Source: Pseudobdellovibrionaceae bacterium
GTDB taxonomy: Bacteria; Bdellovibrionota_B; Oligoflexia; Oligoflexales; Bog-1112
Reading direction: 5' to 3'
Length of the DNA stretch: 62,541 nt
Assembly (NCBI GenBank): GCA_002711925.1
Contig: PASJ01000004.1
Coordinates: 1-62,541, forward strand
Below are positions 28,442-37,359 of the stretch, piece by piece. The position numbers and the translations under genes were made by a program. Below the pieces are notes generated by a model, which saw only the letters and a program-made list of their open reading frames with translations, was not told the DNA's origin and did no database searches. Numbering within the stretch: position 1 is the stretch's first letter; each line of letters starts with the position of its first letter.

Positions 28442-29219
28442 TTTTTTGTCAAAGAAAAAAGAGAATAAGAAGATTACAATGCTGACCTGTTATGATTATT
28501 GGTCAGCAAAGATATTAAATGAAACAGATGTTGATTGCCTTTTGGTTGGTGATAGCTTATCTATGGTTATGCATGGCTATAATGATACAACTCATGCAAC
28601 AATTGATATGATGGCTCTTCACTGTAAATCTGTTAGCAAGGGAGCTCCTAATAAATATCTCGTAGGTGATATGCCGTTTCTTTCTTTTCGCAAAGGGCTT
28701 AGTTCAACAATGAGCGCTGTGGAAAAAATTATGCAATCAGGTGCTCACTGTGTAAAAATTGAAGGTGTCAAAGGCCACGAAGAAATCATTGAACATATTG
28801 TTTCATCAGGAGTTCCTGTTATGGGACATCTTGGTTTAACACCTCAGTCGATACATGCTTTAGGAGGCCATAAGGTCCAGGGAAAAGAATCCGAGCATCA
28901 AGATAGAATCTTAAATGAGGCAAAGAAACTTCAGGATTTAGGATGTTTTTCCCTTGTTTTAGAGTGTATTCCAAAAAGTCTTGCCACTCAAATCAGTTCG
29001 AAGCTTTTTATTCCAACTATAGGGATTGGAGCTGGGTCAGGTGTCGACGGTCAAGTTCTTGTTTTACAGGACCTTTTGGGTATGAGTCCATCTTTTCAAC
29101 CAAAATTTTTAAAACAGTACATAAATGGTTTTGAAATGATACAAAGTGCAGTTAATGAATATGTTTGCGAAGTGAATGATAGATCTTTTCCAGAAGAAAA
29201 GCACAGTTATGGAGATTAA
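28428..29219 (+). CDS. panB: 3-methyl-2-oxobutanoate hydroxymethyltransferase
   Basis: The ORF track starts at 28389. AAGGAG precedes the ATG at 28428 (MNVHDFLSKKK). Motif ITMLTCYDYWSAKILNETDVDCLLVGDSLSMVMHGY. Confidence 0.92.
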   Translation: MNVHDFLSKKKENKKITMLTCYDYWSAKILNETDVDCLLVGDSLSMVMHGYNDTTHATIDMMALHCKSVSKGAPNKYLVGDMPFLSFRKGLSSTMSAVEKIMQSGAHCVKIEGVKGHEEIIEHIVSSGVPVMGHLGLTPQSIHALGGHKVQGKESEHQDRILNEAKKLQDLGCFSLVLECIPKSLATQISSKLFIPTIGIGAGSGVDGQVLVLQDLLGMSPSFQPKFLKQYINGFEMIQSAVNEYVCEVNDRSFPEEKHSYGD

Positions 29220-29225
29220 TTTACC

Positions 29226-29984
29226 TTGAAAGTGTTTTATAAGCTTGATGAGTGGCTAAACTTTAGAAAAAAAAATGAATTTGATCTATTGGGGTTTGTC
29301 CCGACAATGGGAGCGTTGCATGCTGGGCATCTTTCTTTAATTCAAAAATCAATTCTAGATTGTAATAAAACAGTTGTAAGCATTTTTGTAAATCCAGCGC
29401 AATTTAATGACCCGAAGGATTTTTTAAAGTATCCAAAGTCCCTTGAGACAGACTTAAAAAAATTAAAAGACATTAATGTCGACTATGTTCTTGTTCCTGA
29501 AAACTCCGTACTTTATGCCGATGACTATAAGTATAAGGTTATAGAAACAAGTTTGAGTAAGGTTTTGTGCGGGAAAAATCGTCCCGGTCATTTTGATGGC
29601 GTTTTAACGATTCTGATGAAGCTTTTTCATATTGTTAAGCCTCAAAAAGCTTATTTTGGTGAAAAAGATTATCAGCAGTTCTTGTTAGTAAAAGAGATGG
29701 TCAAAGCATTTTTTCTAGATTTAGATATTATTTCTTCTTCAACTATTCGAGAAGAAGATGGTTTAGCAATGAGTTCTAGAAATCAGCTTTTATCACCATC
29801 AGAAAGAGAAAAAGCAGCAACTTTTCATAAGATATTGTCTCAAAATAGAGACAAGCATCACATAAACGAAGAGCTTCAAAAAAATGGTTTTAAGGTTGAT
29901 TATGTGGAAGAATTTTTTTCAAGGAGATTTTCTGCTGTCAGCATAGGATCTGTGAGACTTATTGATAATCTCGAAATATCTTAA
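29226..29984 (+). CDS. panC: pantoate--beta-alanine ligase
   Basis: 252 aa, TTG start. Motifs GFVPTMGALHAGHLSL and FGEKDYQQ. Confidence 0.92.
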   Translation: MKVFYKLDEWLNFRKKNEFDLLGFVPTMGALHAGHLSLIQKSILDCNKTVVSIFVNPAQFNDPKDFLKYPKSLETDLKKLKDINVDYVLVPENSVLYADDYKYKVIETSLSKVLCGKNRPGHFDGVLTILMKLFHIVKPQKAYFGEKDYQQFLLVKEMVKAFFLDLDIISSSTIREEDGLAMSSRNQLLSPSEREKAATFHKILSQNRDKHHINEELQKNGFKVDYVEEFFSRRFSAVSIGSVRLIDNLEIS

Positions 29985-30001
29985 ACAGTTAAAAAAACAC
30001 T

Positions 30002-30325
30002 TTATGAGCAGCCAAGAATTTTTAGGTTTTGTTTTTCAAAGTAATCTTTAATTTTTAATTTATTGTCACCTCGAAGCTCTATCGTGCTGTCTTTCAATGT
30101 TCCTCCGCAGGCAAGCTTTGTTTGTAAATCTTTTAGCAGTTTTATTGCATCTTCTTCACAGTATGGCAGGTCATATAGTACACTAACAATTTTTCCTCCC
30201 CGACTTTTTTTTTCGAGACGAAACTTTACGGGACCTTTACCCTTTTGGTAAGAAGTTTTAGTATTTTTTTTTATTTTATTTTTTTTACTTTGATTTGAAC
30301 TTGAGTAGACTAGCTCATCACTCAT
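30002..30325 (-). CDS. yciH: SUI1/eIF1-family translation initiation factor homologue (YciH-like)
   Basis: AAAGGAAA lies 4 nt before the ATG at 30325 (MSDELVYSS), which avoids overlap with the upstream gene. SUI1 core: VKFRLEKKSRGGKIVSVLYDL...LQTKLACGGTLKDSTIELRGD. Confidence 0.82.
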   Translation of the reverse strand: MSDELVYSSSNQSKKNKIKKNTKTSYQKGKGPVKFRLEKKSRGGKIVSVLYDLPYCEEDAIKLLKDLQTKLACGGTLKDSTIELRGDNKLKIKDYFEKQNLKILGCS

Positions 30326-30348
30326 AATGTTTCCTTTGGTTAAAAAAT

Positions 30349-31938
30349 TTAGTGTAATAACTTTGTCTTGCAATAAGACTCTTTAACTAACCTTTCCAGT
30401 TCAGTTTGAGGGTGCTTGATCATCTTTCCAGTAATAGAAAAATTAGTTTGTCCAGTATTTTGTTGAACGAGTTTTAGTCCATGCTCATAAGTTTTAAAAA
30501 TTATTTTGCAAGTCTCAAGGATGTCTATTTGTAGTTCTAATGATAAATTCCGTACAGCGATTGTCGCTTCTTCGTTAAGTTTGATGTTCAGTTGATACTG
30601 CTCTGCAAAATATTTTTCAAAAAGACTTACACCTTCAAGTTCTTCTTTTGTAAGAACGATTAACATAGATTGCTTTAAGATTTCTTTCAGTGTTTCCTTT
30701 GGACTCGTTATGACTTTTGTATCAATAGTCAGATTTTTAACACCCTTTGATGGCAGTTCAAATTTGTAGTCCCTTAAAGCTTTTTCACAAATTGTTAAAA
30801 GACCCCTTGCACCTGTTTGCTCAGCTTCAGCTTTCTTGGCAATTTCATAAATAGCACCTTTAGTAAACTGAGCTGTAATGCCATAATTTTTAAAAGATTG
30901 AACATATTGTTTTAAAATTGAACCTTCCGAGTCTTTTAAAACTTGATAAAGTTGATCGACGCTTAGTTTATGGCAAGACGGCCTTACTGGTAAACGTCCT
31001 ACAAATTCTGGCTCTAAACCAAATTCGATAAGATCATTAGTGGACACATGGTCTAAGTACTCAAAATCTTCTTTTACTCCCTTTTCTTTTTGAAATCCTA
31101 TGGTATTTTTATTTAACCTTTTTGCTGTAATTTCCTCTAGGCCAGGAAAAGCTCCACTCACAATAAAAAGAATATAGCGAGAGTTTATAACTTTTTTCTC
31201 TATTTTACCTTTTTGTTGCATCTCTAAGAATGCTTGCATTTGTGATGCAGGGTCATGGCTAGCTCTGAGGTCGACATCAGTTTCTTCTAAAAGCTTTAAG
31301 AGCCCAAGTTGAACCCCCCTACCGCTAACATCTCGACCACCTGATTTACTTTGTGTTGCCAACTTGTCAGCTTCATCTATATAGATAATACCAAATTGGG
31401 CTTTTTTCATATCGTCATTTGCTTGGTGAACCAAATCTTTTACAAGATCATCAACATTTGCTCCCATATAGCCAGTTTCACTAAATCTTGTTGCATCAGC
31501 TTTAACAAAAGGAACATTAATTAGTTTAGCAACTTGTTTTATAAGATAAGTTTTTCCAACTCCCGTTGGTCCTAACATAAGAACATTTTGTTTAACGTAA
31601 TGTTCGTTGTTTGGATCTTCAGGCTGGCTGGTCTGGTGTTTGACTTGATTATAATGATCGCAGATGGCAATGGCTAATGCTCTTTTTGCTTCATTTTGGC
31701 CAATTACAAATCTGTCTAGATAGTCTGTTATACCTTTGGGTGTGTGGTTGAACTGAAAATTGTCATTTGCTAATATTTTTGATTTCAAGGGTTTCGATTT
31801 TTTTTCATTTTGTGGCCTTTTTGTAAACGGCACTTCTTTTGAAAAAACTTTGATTTGATCTCCAAATCTTTTTTGGACAAAATCTTCAAATTCTTTTTGA
31901 ATCTCTTCTGGTTTGGGAAACTTTGTATCAGTCATCAT
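30349..31938 (-). CDS. ClpX-family AAA+ ATPase paralogue (no zinc-binding domain, extra C-terminal domain)
   Basis: 529 aa. Walker A LMLGPTGVGKTY, pore loop ETGYMG, Walker B IIYIDEADKL, RDVSGRGVQLGLLKLLE. An IGF tripeptide (NTIGFQKEK) sits at the ClpX IGF-loop position. Sensor-2 TGARGL. No Cys4 N-domain. About 130 extra C-terminal residues. Confidence 0.75.
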   Translation of the reverse strand: MMTDTKFPKPEEIQKEFEDFVQKRFGDQIKVFSKEVPFTKRPQNEKKSKPLKSKILANDNFQFNHTPKGITDYLDRFVIGQNEAKRALAIAICDHYNQVKHQTSQPEDPNNEHYVKQNVLMLGPTGVGKTYLIKQVAKLINVPFVKADATRFSETGYMGANVDDLVKDLVHQANDDMKKAQFGIIYIDEADKLATQSKSGGRDVSGRGVQLGLLKLLEETDVDLRASHDPASQMQAFLEMQQKGKIEKKVINSRYILFIVSGAFPGLEEITAKRLNKNTIGFQKEKGVKEDFEYLDHVSTNDLIEFGLEPEFVGRLPVRPSCHKLSVDQLYQVLKDSEGSILKQYVQSFKNYGITAQFTKGAIYEIAKKAEAEQTGARGLLTICEKALRDYKFELPSKGVKNLTIDTKVITSPKETLKEILKQSMLIVLTKEELEGVSLFEKYFAEQYQLNIKLNEEATIAVRNLSLELQIDILETCKIIFKTYEHGLKLVQQNTGQTNFSITGKMIKHPQTELERLVKESYCKTKLLH

Positions 31939-32190
31939 GATTACCTTTTAGGTGAAAAGTTCATAGTTTACATTTATACGAAAAAGCAACATTCTTTCAC
32001 CGGAAATGCATTTTTTTTATGGTCTTTCAAAGAATAGAAAAAGCCAACTTCAAATTGGGAAGACAGGCTGAAATTTCTTTGTTCCGCTAATTTGCTTATA
32101 AAAAGATAAGACCTTATAAAAAAAAATCAAGATGAGAAGTCTCTTTTGTGGATAAATACTCGATCTTATGGTACTTGTTTATTCTTCTTA

Positions 32191-32214
32191 CTTTGACTTT
32201 GACTTTGACTTTGA
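32191..32214. repeat. (CTTTGA)x4 hexanucleotide tandem repeat
   Basis: Read directly in the clpX-like/methyltransferase intergenic region. It creates three phased TTGACT hexamers. Confidence 0.9.
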
Positions 32215-32373
32215 TTGCTTGGGAGCTATCGTCTTTTTCCGTGCTTAGTTTTGTGGGATGGTTTCTTCTACTTAAGTGCCTTACCGCCTTGGGAAGTGAG
32301 CTGACTTTTTAAATTTATATTTTCACCACTAAAGAAAATATAAGATGCTGTAATTAATAGAGAAAGGTTTTTT

Positions 32374-33168
32374 ATGTCTACAGATCATTTTGATAAGTAC
32401 TTTTATTATAAGAACTCTGTTCAAGAGCCTGAATCGGACTGTCTATTTATTGATGAAACTTTTACAAGTTTAAGAGGCTACTCTCCTAATGTCGTTCGTG
32501 AAGATTTCTGCGGCACTTTTTCTTTTTGTTGTGAGTGGGTCAAAAAAGACCCCAAGAACATAGCTTATGGTCTTGACATAGATGAAGAGCCAATAAACTA
32601 CGGCAAAGAAAAGTATCTTAGTGAAATACCAAAAGATGCTCAAGAAAGAGTTAAAATCACAAAGGGAGATGTTCTTCAGTCAAACCTACCACCAGTTCAA
32701 GTTATTTGCGCTTTAAATTTTAGCTATTTTATATTCAAAGAAAGAGCTGAGTTAAAAGCTTACTTTGAATCAGCGTATAAGTCTTTATCTTCAGATGGTA
32801 TCTTTATCTTAGACTGCTTTGGTGGTAGTCAGTGCTATGAAGCCAATGAAGAAGAAACCGAAGATGAGGAGCTTGGTTACAGTTACTTCTGGGATCAAGA
32901 TTCATACAATCCTGTCAATAACCACGGGATGTTTTATATTCATTTTCAAAGGACTGGAGAAGAAAAAAGGGAAAAGGTCTTCAGCTATGACTGGCGAATT
33001 TGGTCTTTGGCTGAGCTAAAAGATATACTCAGTGAGGTTGGGTTTAGTTCTTCTCAGGTTTATTGGGAAGGAACAGACGAAGATGGTGATGGTGATGGTC
33101 TTTTCACTCCGACAGAAAAGGGTGAAGAGTGCGAGTCGTGGATAGCTTATATGGTTGCAAAAAAGTAA
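32374..33168 (+). CDS. class I SAM-dependent methyltransferase
   Basis: 264 aa. GAAAGG lies 6 nt before the ATG. Motif-I-like VREDFCGTFSF, then acidic loop YGLDIDEEP and a Rossmann-fold beta-strand pattern. Confidence 0.65.
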   Translation: MSTDHFDKYFYYKNSVQEPESDCLFIDETFTSLRGYSPNVVREDFCGTFSFCCEWVKKDPKNIAYGLDIDEEPINYGKEKYLSEIPKDAQERVKITKGDVLQSNLPPVQVICALNFSYFIFKERAELKAYFESAYKSLSSDGIFILDCFGGSQCYEANEEETEDEELGYSYFWDQDSYNPVNNHGMFYIHFQRTGEEKREKVFSYDWRIWSLAELKDILSEVGFSSSQVYWEGTDEDGDGDGLFTPTEKGEECESWIAYMVAKK

Positions 33169-33184
33169 AAAGAAGGTGGTATGT

Positions 33185-33541
33185 ATGGAATTGGATCAGC
33201 ATTTAGTTCGAGATATTTCTCGGTTTTTAGACTCTATTGAGTTAGGTAATGTAACAACTAATGATGCTTTTCATCTTGCTGATAGTTTTGATGATTTGAT
33301 CACTTATTTTTTGTTAAGATATTTGCGGGAAAAGTACCCAGCAAAGGCAGGTTCTGTTGGAGCCAGTGAAAGACTAATAAGTCTTTTGACTCATAATGGC
33401 GGACAAATTGCCAAAAAAGCTCTTCCTCCTAAAGGTGAGGTTATATTCGTCGAATGGTTTGATGAAAATTATGAAATGAAAAGTTTTTTTAAAAATAGAA
33501 ATGATTTTGTGACCTTAATCTTAGATAAGCTCGAAGGCTAA
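33185..33541 (+). CDS. hypothetical protein
   Basis: The ORF track starts at 33155 inside the methyltransferase gene. GAAGGTGG precedes the ATG at 33185 (MELDQHLVRD). 118 aa, no family recognised. Confidence 0.55.
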   Translation: MELDQHLVRDISRFLDSIELGNVTTNDAFHLADSFDDLITYFLLRYLREKYPAKAGSVGASERLISLLTHNGGQIAKKALPPKGEVIFVEWFDENYEMKSFFKNRNDFVTLILDKLEG

Positions 33542-33849
33542 TTTTATTTCGTTCGTTTACTTTTTCATCAGTATCGATCTTTCTCTTCTTTTTGAAATTA
33601 GGCACTTTTTTCTTTATTCAAACCAAAGATTTACAAGACTTCTCTTTTTTCAAATTTTTTCTTAGACCTGACACCCTTTTATACAAAAAGCTTTAAATAG
33701 AAATTTTCAAGTGCATTCAGAATGTTAGAGTTTTTTATAAATTTTCTAAAATTAAGCTATATGCTTAAAGGGTCAATCTTTACCTTTGCAAATTCTTAGT
33801 ATTAGCAAATAATTAAAAAGACTTTAAACAAACGGTAGGGTGAAAGAAA

Positions 33850-34515
33850 GTGTTTGGGCGAATTGCAGGCTATATATTATCTTTTATTTTTCATCTAGGG
33901 ATGTTTTACAGTTTAATTTACTTTCATTTAGCGGATAAAGAAAAACTAAAGACCTTAAAAGAAGCGGTAAAAATAAAAATTATTGCTAAAAAGCCAAAAG
34001 TAGTTGATATCAAGCCAAAGCCAAAGCCAAAACCGAAAGTCAAACCTAAGCCAAAATCTAACGTAAAAAAATCTACAGCAAAAACCACAAAACCAAAGCT
34101 TCTATCTAAGCCTGTGCAGGGGTTTAAAAAATCCGCTTTTTCATCTGAAGGAACTGGAATAGCAGTCCCTGTTGGAAACTCTCTTATGGAAGAAGATAAA
34201 GGGTTGCGTTTAAAAAAGGAGCCTCCCCCTGTGGCCGAGGACCTGAGCCAACGAGCGAAGCTTATGGAGTTCATAGAACCTGAATATACAGATGATGCAC
34301 TTGATGTAGAACTAGAAGGAGATTTTGTGCTCGATGTTTTTATAGATAAAAATGGAAAAGTTTTAGACGTTGAAATCGACAAGCCTGTAGGCTATGGCAT
34401 GGATGATCTTTTAATTGCAGCTGCCATGAAAGCTATCTTTTCTCCGCGCTTAAATAAAAAAGGGATTTCTATACCAGGCTGGGACCAAATTATTGTTCGT
34501 CTTGAAATACCTTAG
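33850..34515 (+). CDS. TonB-family energy transducer
   Basis: 221 aa, GTG start. N-terminal TM anchor, (KP)n spacer KPKPKPKPKVKPKPK, and a C-terminal TonB domain (PEYTDDALDVELEGDFVLDVFIDKNGKVLDVEI). No exbBD is adjacent. Confidence 0.8.
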   Translation: MFGRIAGYILSFIFHLGMFYSLIYFHLADKEKLKTLKEAVKIKIIAKKPKVVDIKPKPKPKPKVKPKPKSNVKKSTAKTTKPKLLSKPVQGFKKSAFSSEGTGIAVPVGNSLMEEDKGLRLKKEPPPVAEDLSQRAKLMEFIEPEYTDDALDVELEGDFVLDVFIDKNGKVLDVEIDKPVGYGMDDLLIAAAMKAIFSPRLNKKGISIPGWDQIIVRLEIP

Positions 34516-34522
34516 AGGAATC

Positions 34523-34598
34523 TGGTGGAGGCTAGGAGAGTCGAACTCCTGACCTTTGGAATGCAAATCCAACGCTCTACCAACTGAGCTAAGCCCCC
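34523..34598 (-). tRNA. tRNA-Ala (anticodon UGC)
   Basis: 76 nt. Acceptor GGGGGCU/AGCCUCC with the G3:U70 alanine identity pair. Anticodon stem UUGGA/UCCAA, loop UUUGCAU, encoded CCA. Confidence 0.92.
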
Positions 34599-34784
34599 AA
34601 GATATGAAATAACTGCACTACCTATTAAATAATTGCAAGCTTCAATTTTTATTTTCACTCATTGAATCATTTATCAAAGTGCGTTTTTTTTATAAAAAGT
34701 TTTTTAAAACAAATAGATAGATATTGTTTAGAATAAAATACAAGGTTCAATTTTTATTTTTATTTCTATTTAAGGGGGGGTACT

Positions 34785-36374
34785 GTGAAGCAAATAAGTC
34801 ATTTTTTTTATTTTGTTTTTTTCTTTGTATTTTTTAGTTGCGGGCAAGACACAGATACAAATGGTTCAAAAACTGCTGTAATTTCTTCGCCTACCGAACT
34901 TATTTTTAAAAAAGCAGCGGAGAACACAAATCTTCCCGTTCGTTTATTGCTGGCGACTTCTTTTTTAGAGTCAAAAATGCAAGCACAAAGGGCTTACTCG
35001 TTAAAAGGTAATAAGCGTAGTTTTCTACCGAATGGTGAGACAGCTTTTGGTTTAACGCGAAAAACTCTCGGTTTAGAGGAGTTTTCCGATGCTGGCGATT
35101 TAGTCATTCAAGTCAAAGCATACACCAAGTGGTTAAAAAATAGCTTGATCCATTCATCTTTGCCAGAAAAGCCTGAAAAATTTGAAGATACTATTTATTG
35201 GATTTGGGAAATTGCTAAGCTTCACAGATCCTCCAGCGGTTCTAGAAATAACGAGCGGATCATTTTTACCAAAGAGTTGGTAAAAATTTTAAATGAAGGT
35301 TTTTATTGGTACGATTCTTATGCCAATAATTTTGTAGAGTTTCCAAAAGAAACAAATCCTATAGACCTTCAAAACAAAAATTTAGCTTTTGGTAGCATGT
35401 TAAACTTAGATTATCGTCGCGCCCAGGTAGAGTCAGCTGTTTATCTTCCTCTTGCAAGTCCTGTTTCTCTTGCACAGAAGCAAAAGCCAGTTGGGATTGA
35501 AATACTCCATTGTCCATTTGAGTTATCATCTTGTTTGGCACTGCAAAGCCAGACTATGGAGGGTTCTTACAACACAGGCTTATACGCTCACTATATAATT
35601 CCTCAAAGTCCTGCCATCATTGATAGAAGCTTACAAGTTCATACCCATGACTCTGCTCTACCTAAACTGACAGTTGAAGGAGAACAAGGGGTCAGTAATA
35701 AACTTCGGATTTTATTGGTGGGTTATTCTGGCTCTTATAGTGAGAGCAAACGCCGCCATGCACAAGGTGATTGGCTCACACCTTGGCAAACTAAGCGTCT
35801 GGGTGAGTTGGTTCATGATCTTTGCGTAGTTTTGACCAAAAAAGTCAGTGCCGAGGATCAAGACTTGGCTATGAGAAATTGTAAGGAGATCGGTCAAGGT
35901 GTTACAGTCTATAAGCCCGAACGTACGGTCCCTTTCCAGTGGGGAGTTATTTCTGATTACAATAAAGAATTTTTTATGGCCTCTTTATCTGAGGATCTGG
36001 CTTATAAAGACACGTTGCAAGTAAGAATGAAAACAGAAAAAGACTTTTACCAAGGCGGAGAAGATCTTGAGTTTAAGCTTTCCTTTCACCCTAATGCTGA
36101 GTCATTGGAGGTTGAGAAACTTGTGCGGTGTCCAACAGGAAAGGTTCTTTGGGATAGAATACAAACCAAAAACTTGAGAAATACCCGAACGGCTATGGTT
36201 TATCGAAGAGAATGGGGGGGGGGACCTAACTTTACTGGGGCACACTTTTTCCGTTTTAAGATTTATGATACTAAAGGCGATTTGATGGCTTGGCAAAACC
36301 AAAAGATAAACATTCGAGATTTCGAAAAAACTAGAAAAGGTCCTTATCCGAGCCTTTGCTCTATGGAAGAATAA
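34785..36374 (+). CDS. hypothetical lipoprotein, possible lytic-transglycosylase-like N-domain
   Basis: 529 aa, GTG start 4 nt after AAGGGGGGG. Signal/lipobox FFFVFFSCGQD. LLLATSFLESKMQ...ETAFGLTRKTLG loosely resembles the SLT E-S...GL motif. Contains a G10 tract at 36214..36223. Confidence 0.6.
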   Translation: MKQISHFFYFVFFFVFFSCGQDTDTNGSKTAVISSPTELIFKKAAENTNLPVRLLLATSFLESKMQAQRAYSLKGNKRSFLPNGETAFGLTRKTLGLEEFSDAGDLVIQVKAYTKWLKNSLIHSSLPEKPEKFEDTIYWIWEIAKLHRSSSGSRNNERIIFTKELVKILNEGFYWYDSYANNFVEFPKETNPIDLQNKNLAFGSMLNLDYRRAQVESAVYLPLASPVSLAQKQKPVGIEILHCPFELSSCLALQSQTMEGSYNTGLYAHYIIPQSPAIIDRSLQVHTHDSALPKLTVEGEQGVSNKLRILLVGYSGSYSESKRRHAQGDWLTPWQTKRLGELVHDLCVVLTKKVSAEDQDLAMRNCKEIGQGVTVYKPERTVPFQWGVISDYNKEFFMASLSEDLAYKDTLQVRMKTEKDFYQGGEDLEFKLSFHPNAESLEVEKLVRCPTGKVLWDRIQTKNLRNTRTAMVYRREWGGGPNFTGAHFFRFKIYDTKGDLMAWQNQKINIRDFEKTRKGPYPSLCSMEE

Positions 36375-36386
36375 GGTTTTAAGGGT

Positions 36387-36623
36387 TTAGATAATTTCTC
36401 GCCCTGCAATAAAACCCGTGCTTCGAGTGTTACAGCCACAAGTCCTGTTCCCTGCAGATTCAAATAGCTGCGTACATGAGATACATGCGCGAACTCGAAT
36501 CCTTATGGGTGCCAGTTTAGCCAAGCGGCGAGCTTGGTTTTTTAGCTCTATATCTTTGACGACCGAAGGAGGGAGTCTTTTAATTTTATTGGACTCAAAT
36601 TCTTCATTTAATTCATTGTCCAT
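36387..36623 (-). CDS. hypothetical small Cys-containing protein
   Basis: AAGGTGAG precedes the ATG at 36623 (MDNELNEEF). 78 aa. C-terminal CISC-x11-CGC could be a zinc ribbon. No family recognised. Confidence 0.45.
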   Translation of the reverse strand: MDNELNEEFESNKIKRLPPSVVKDIELKNQARRLAKLAPIRIRVRACISCTQLFESAGNRTCGCNTRSTGFIAGREII

Positions 36624-36798
36624 TGGTCTCACCTTCCCATACAAAACTGCTTTATTTTATAGTCAAATATCTGTAATTTTACCTAAAAATAGGTTTACGC
36701 AAGATAAGCTAAAACCCTTGAAAAGTCAAGGGTTTTAAGGTAAGACTAATAATTTTAATTGATTAGAATTTGCGGGAAGCTTTCTTGGGGGTGATTTT

Positions 36799-37359
36799 GT
36801 GGAAAAAAAGGTGAATATTCAAATAAGTGGGAAACAGGCTCTAAGTGTTTTATATAGTGAAAAAGAGATAAAAAAAAGACTAGCAGTTCTTGCACAACAA
36901 ATTTCATTTGATTACAAAGAAAAGGATCTTGTGGTCTTGTGTATTTTAAATGGTGCGATGTTTTTTTTCACTGAACTTGTCTTGAAGCTTAATTGTTCTC
37001 TTAAAGTTGATTTTATAAAAATATCTTCTTATGAGGGCATGAAGTCTAGTCAAAATCTAAAAGTTCACTTGACACCTCAAGTTAATTTGCGTGGTAAAGA
37101 TGTTTTGATTGTAGAGGATATCGTTGACACAGGGCGGACCATTAAAGAAATTTTACTAATCCTAGAAAAAAGTCGACCCAAAAGTATCAAGTTAGCAACT
37201 CTTCTTAAAAGACAAGATTCATCATACGATATAGACTACTGTGCTTTTAGTATTCAAGGTGAATTTGTTGTGGGTTATGGACTTGATCTTGATGGAAACT
37301 ATAGAAACTTGCCTTACCTGGCTACTTTGAATCCTTCAAAAGAAACTTCACTTACATAA
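36799..37359 (+). CDS. hpt: hypoxanthine phosphoribosyltransferase
   Basis: 186 aa, GTG start after GGGGGTGA. PRPP loop VLIVEDIVDTGRTI, plus FVVGYGLDLDGNYRNLPY. Confidence 0.92.
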   Translation: MEKKVNIQISGKQALSVLYSEKEIKKRLAVLAQQISFDYKEKDLVVLCILNGAMFFFTELVLKLNCSLKVDFIKISSYEGMKSSQNLKVHLTPQVNLRGKDVLIVEDIVDTGRTIKEILLILEKSRPKSIKLATLLKRQDSSYDIDYCAFSIQGEFVVGYGLDLDGNYRNLPYLATLNPSKETSLT

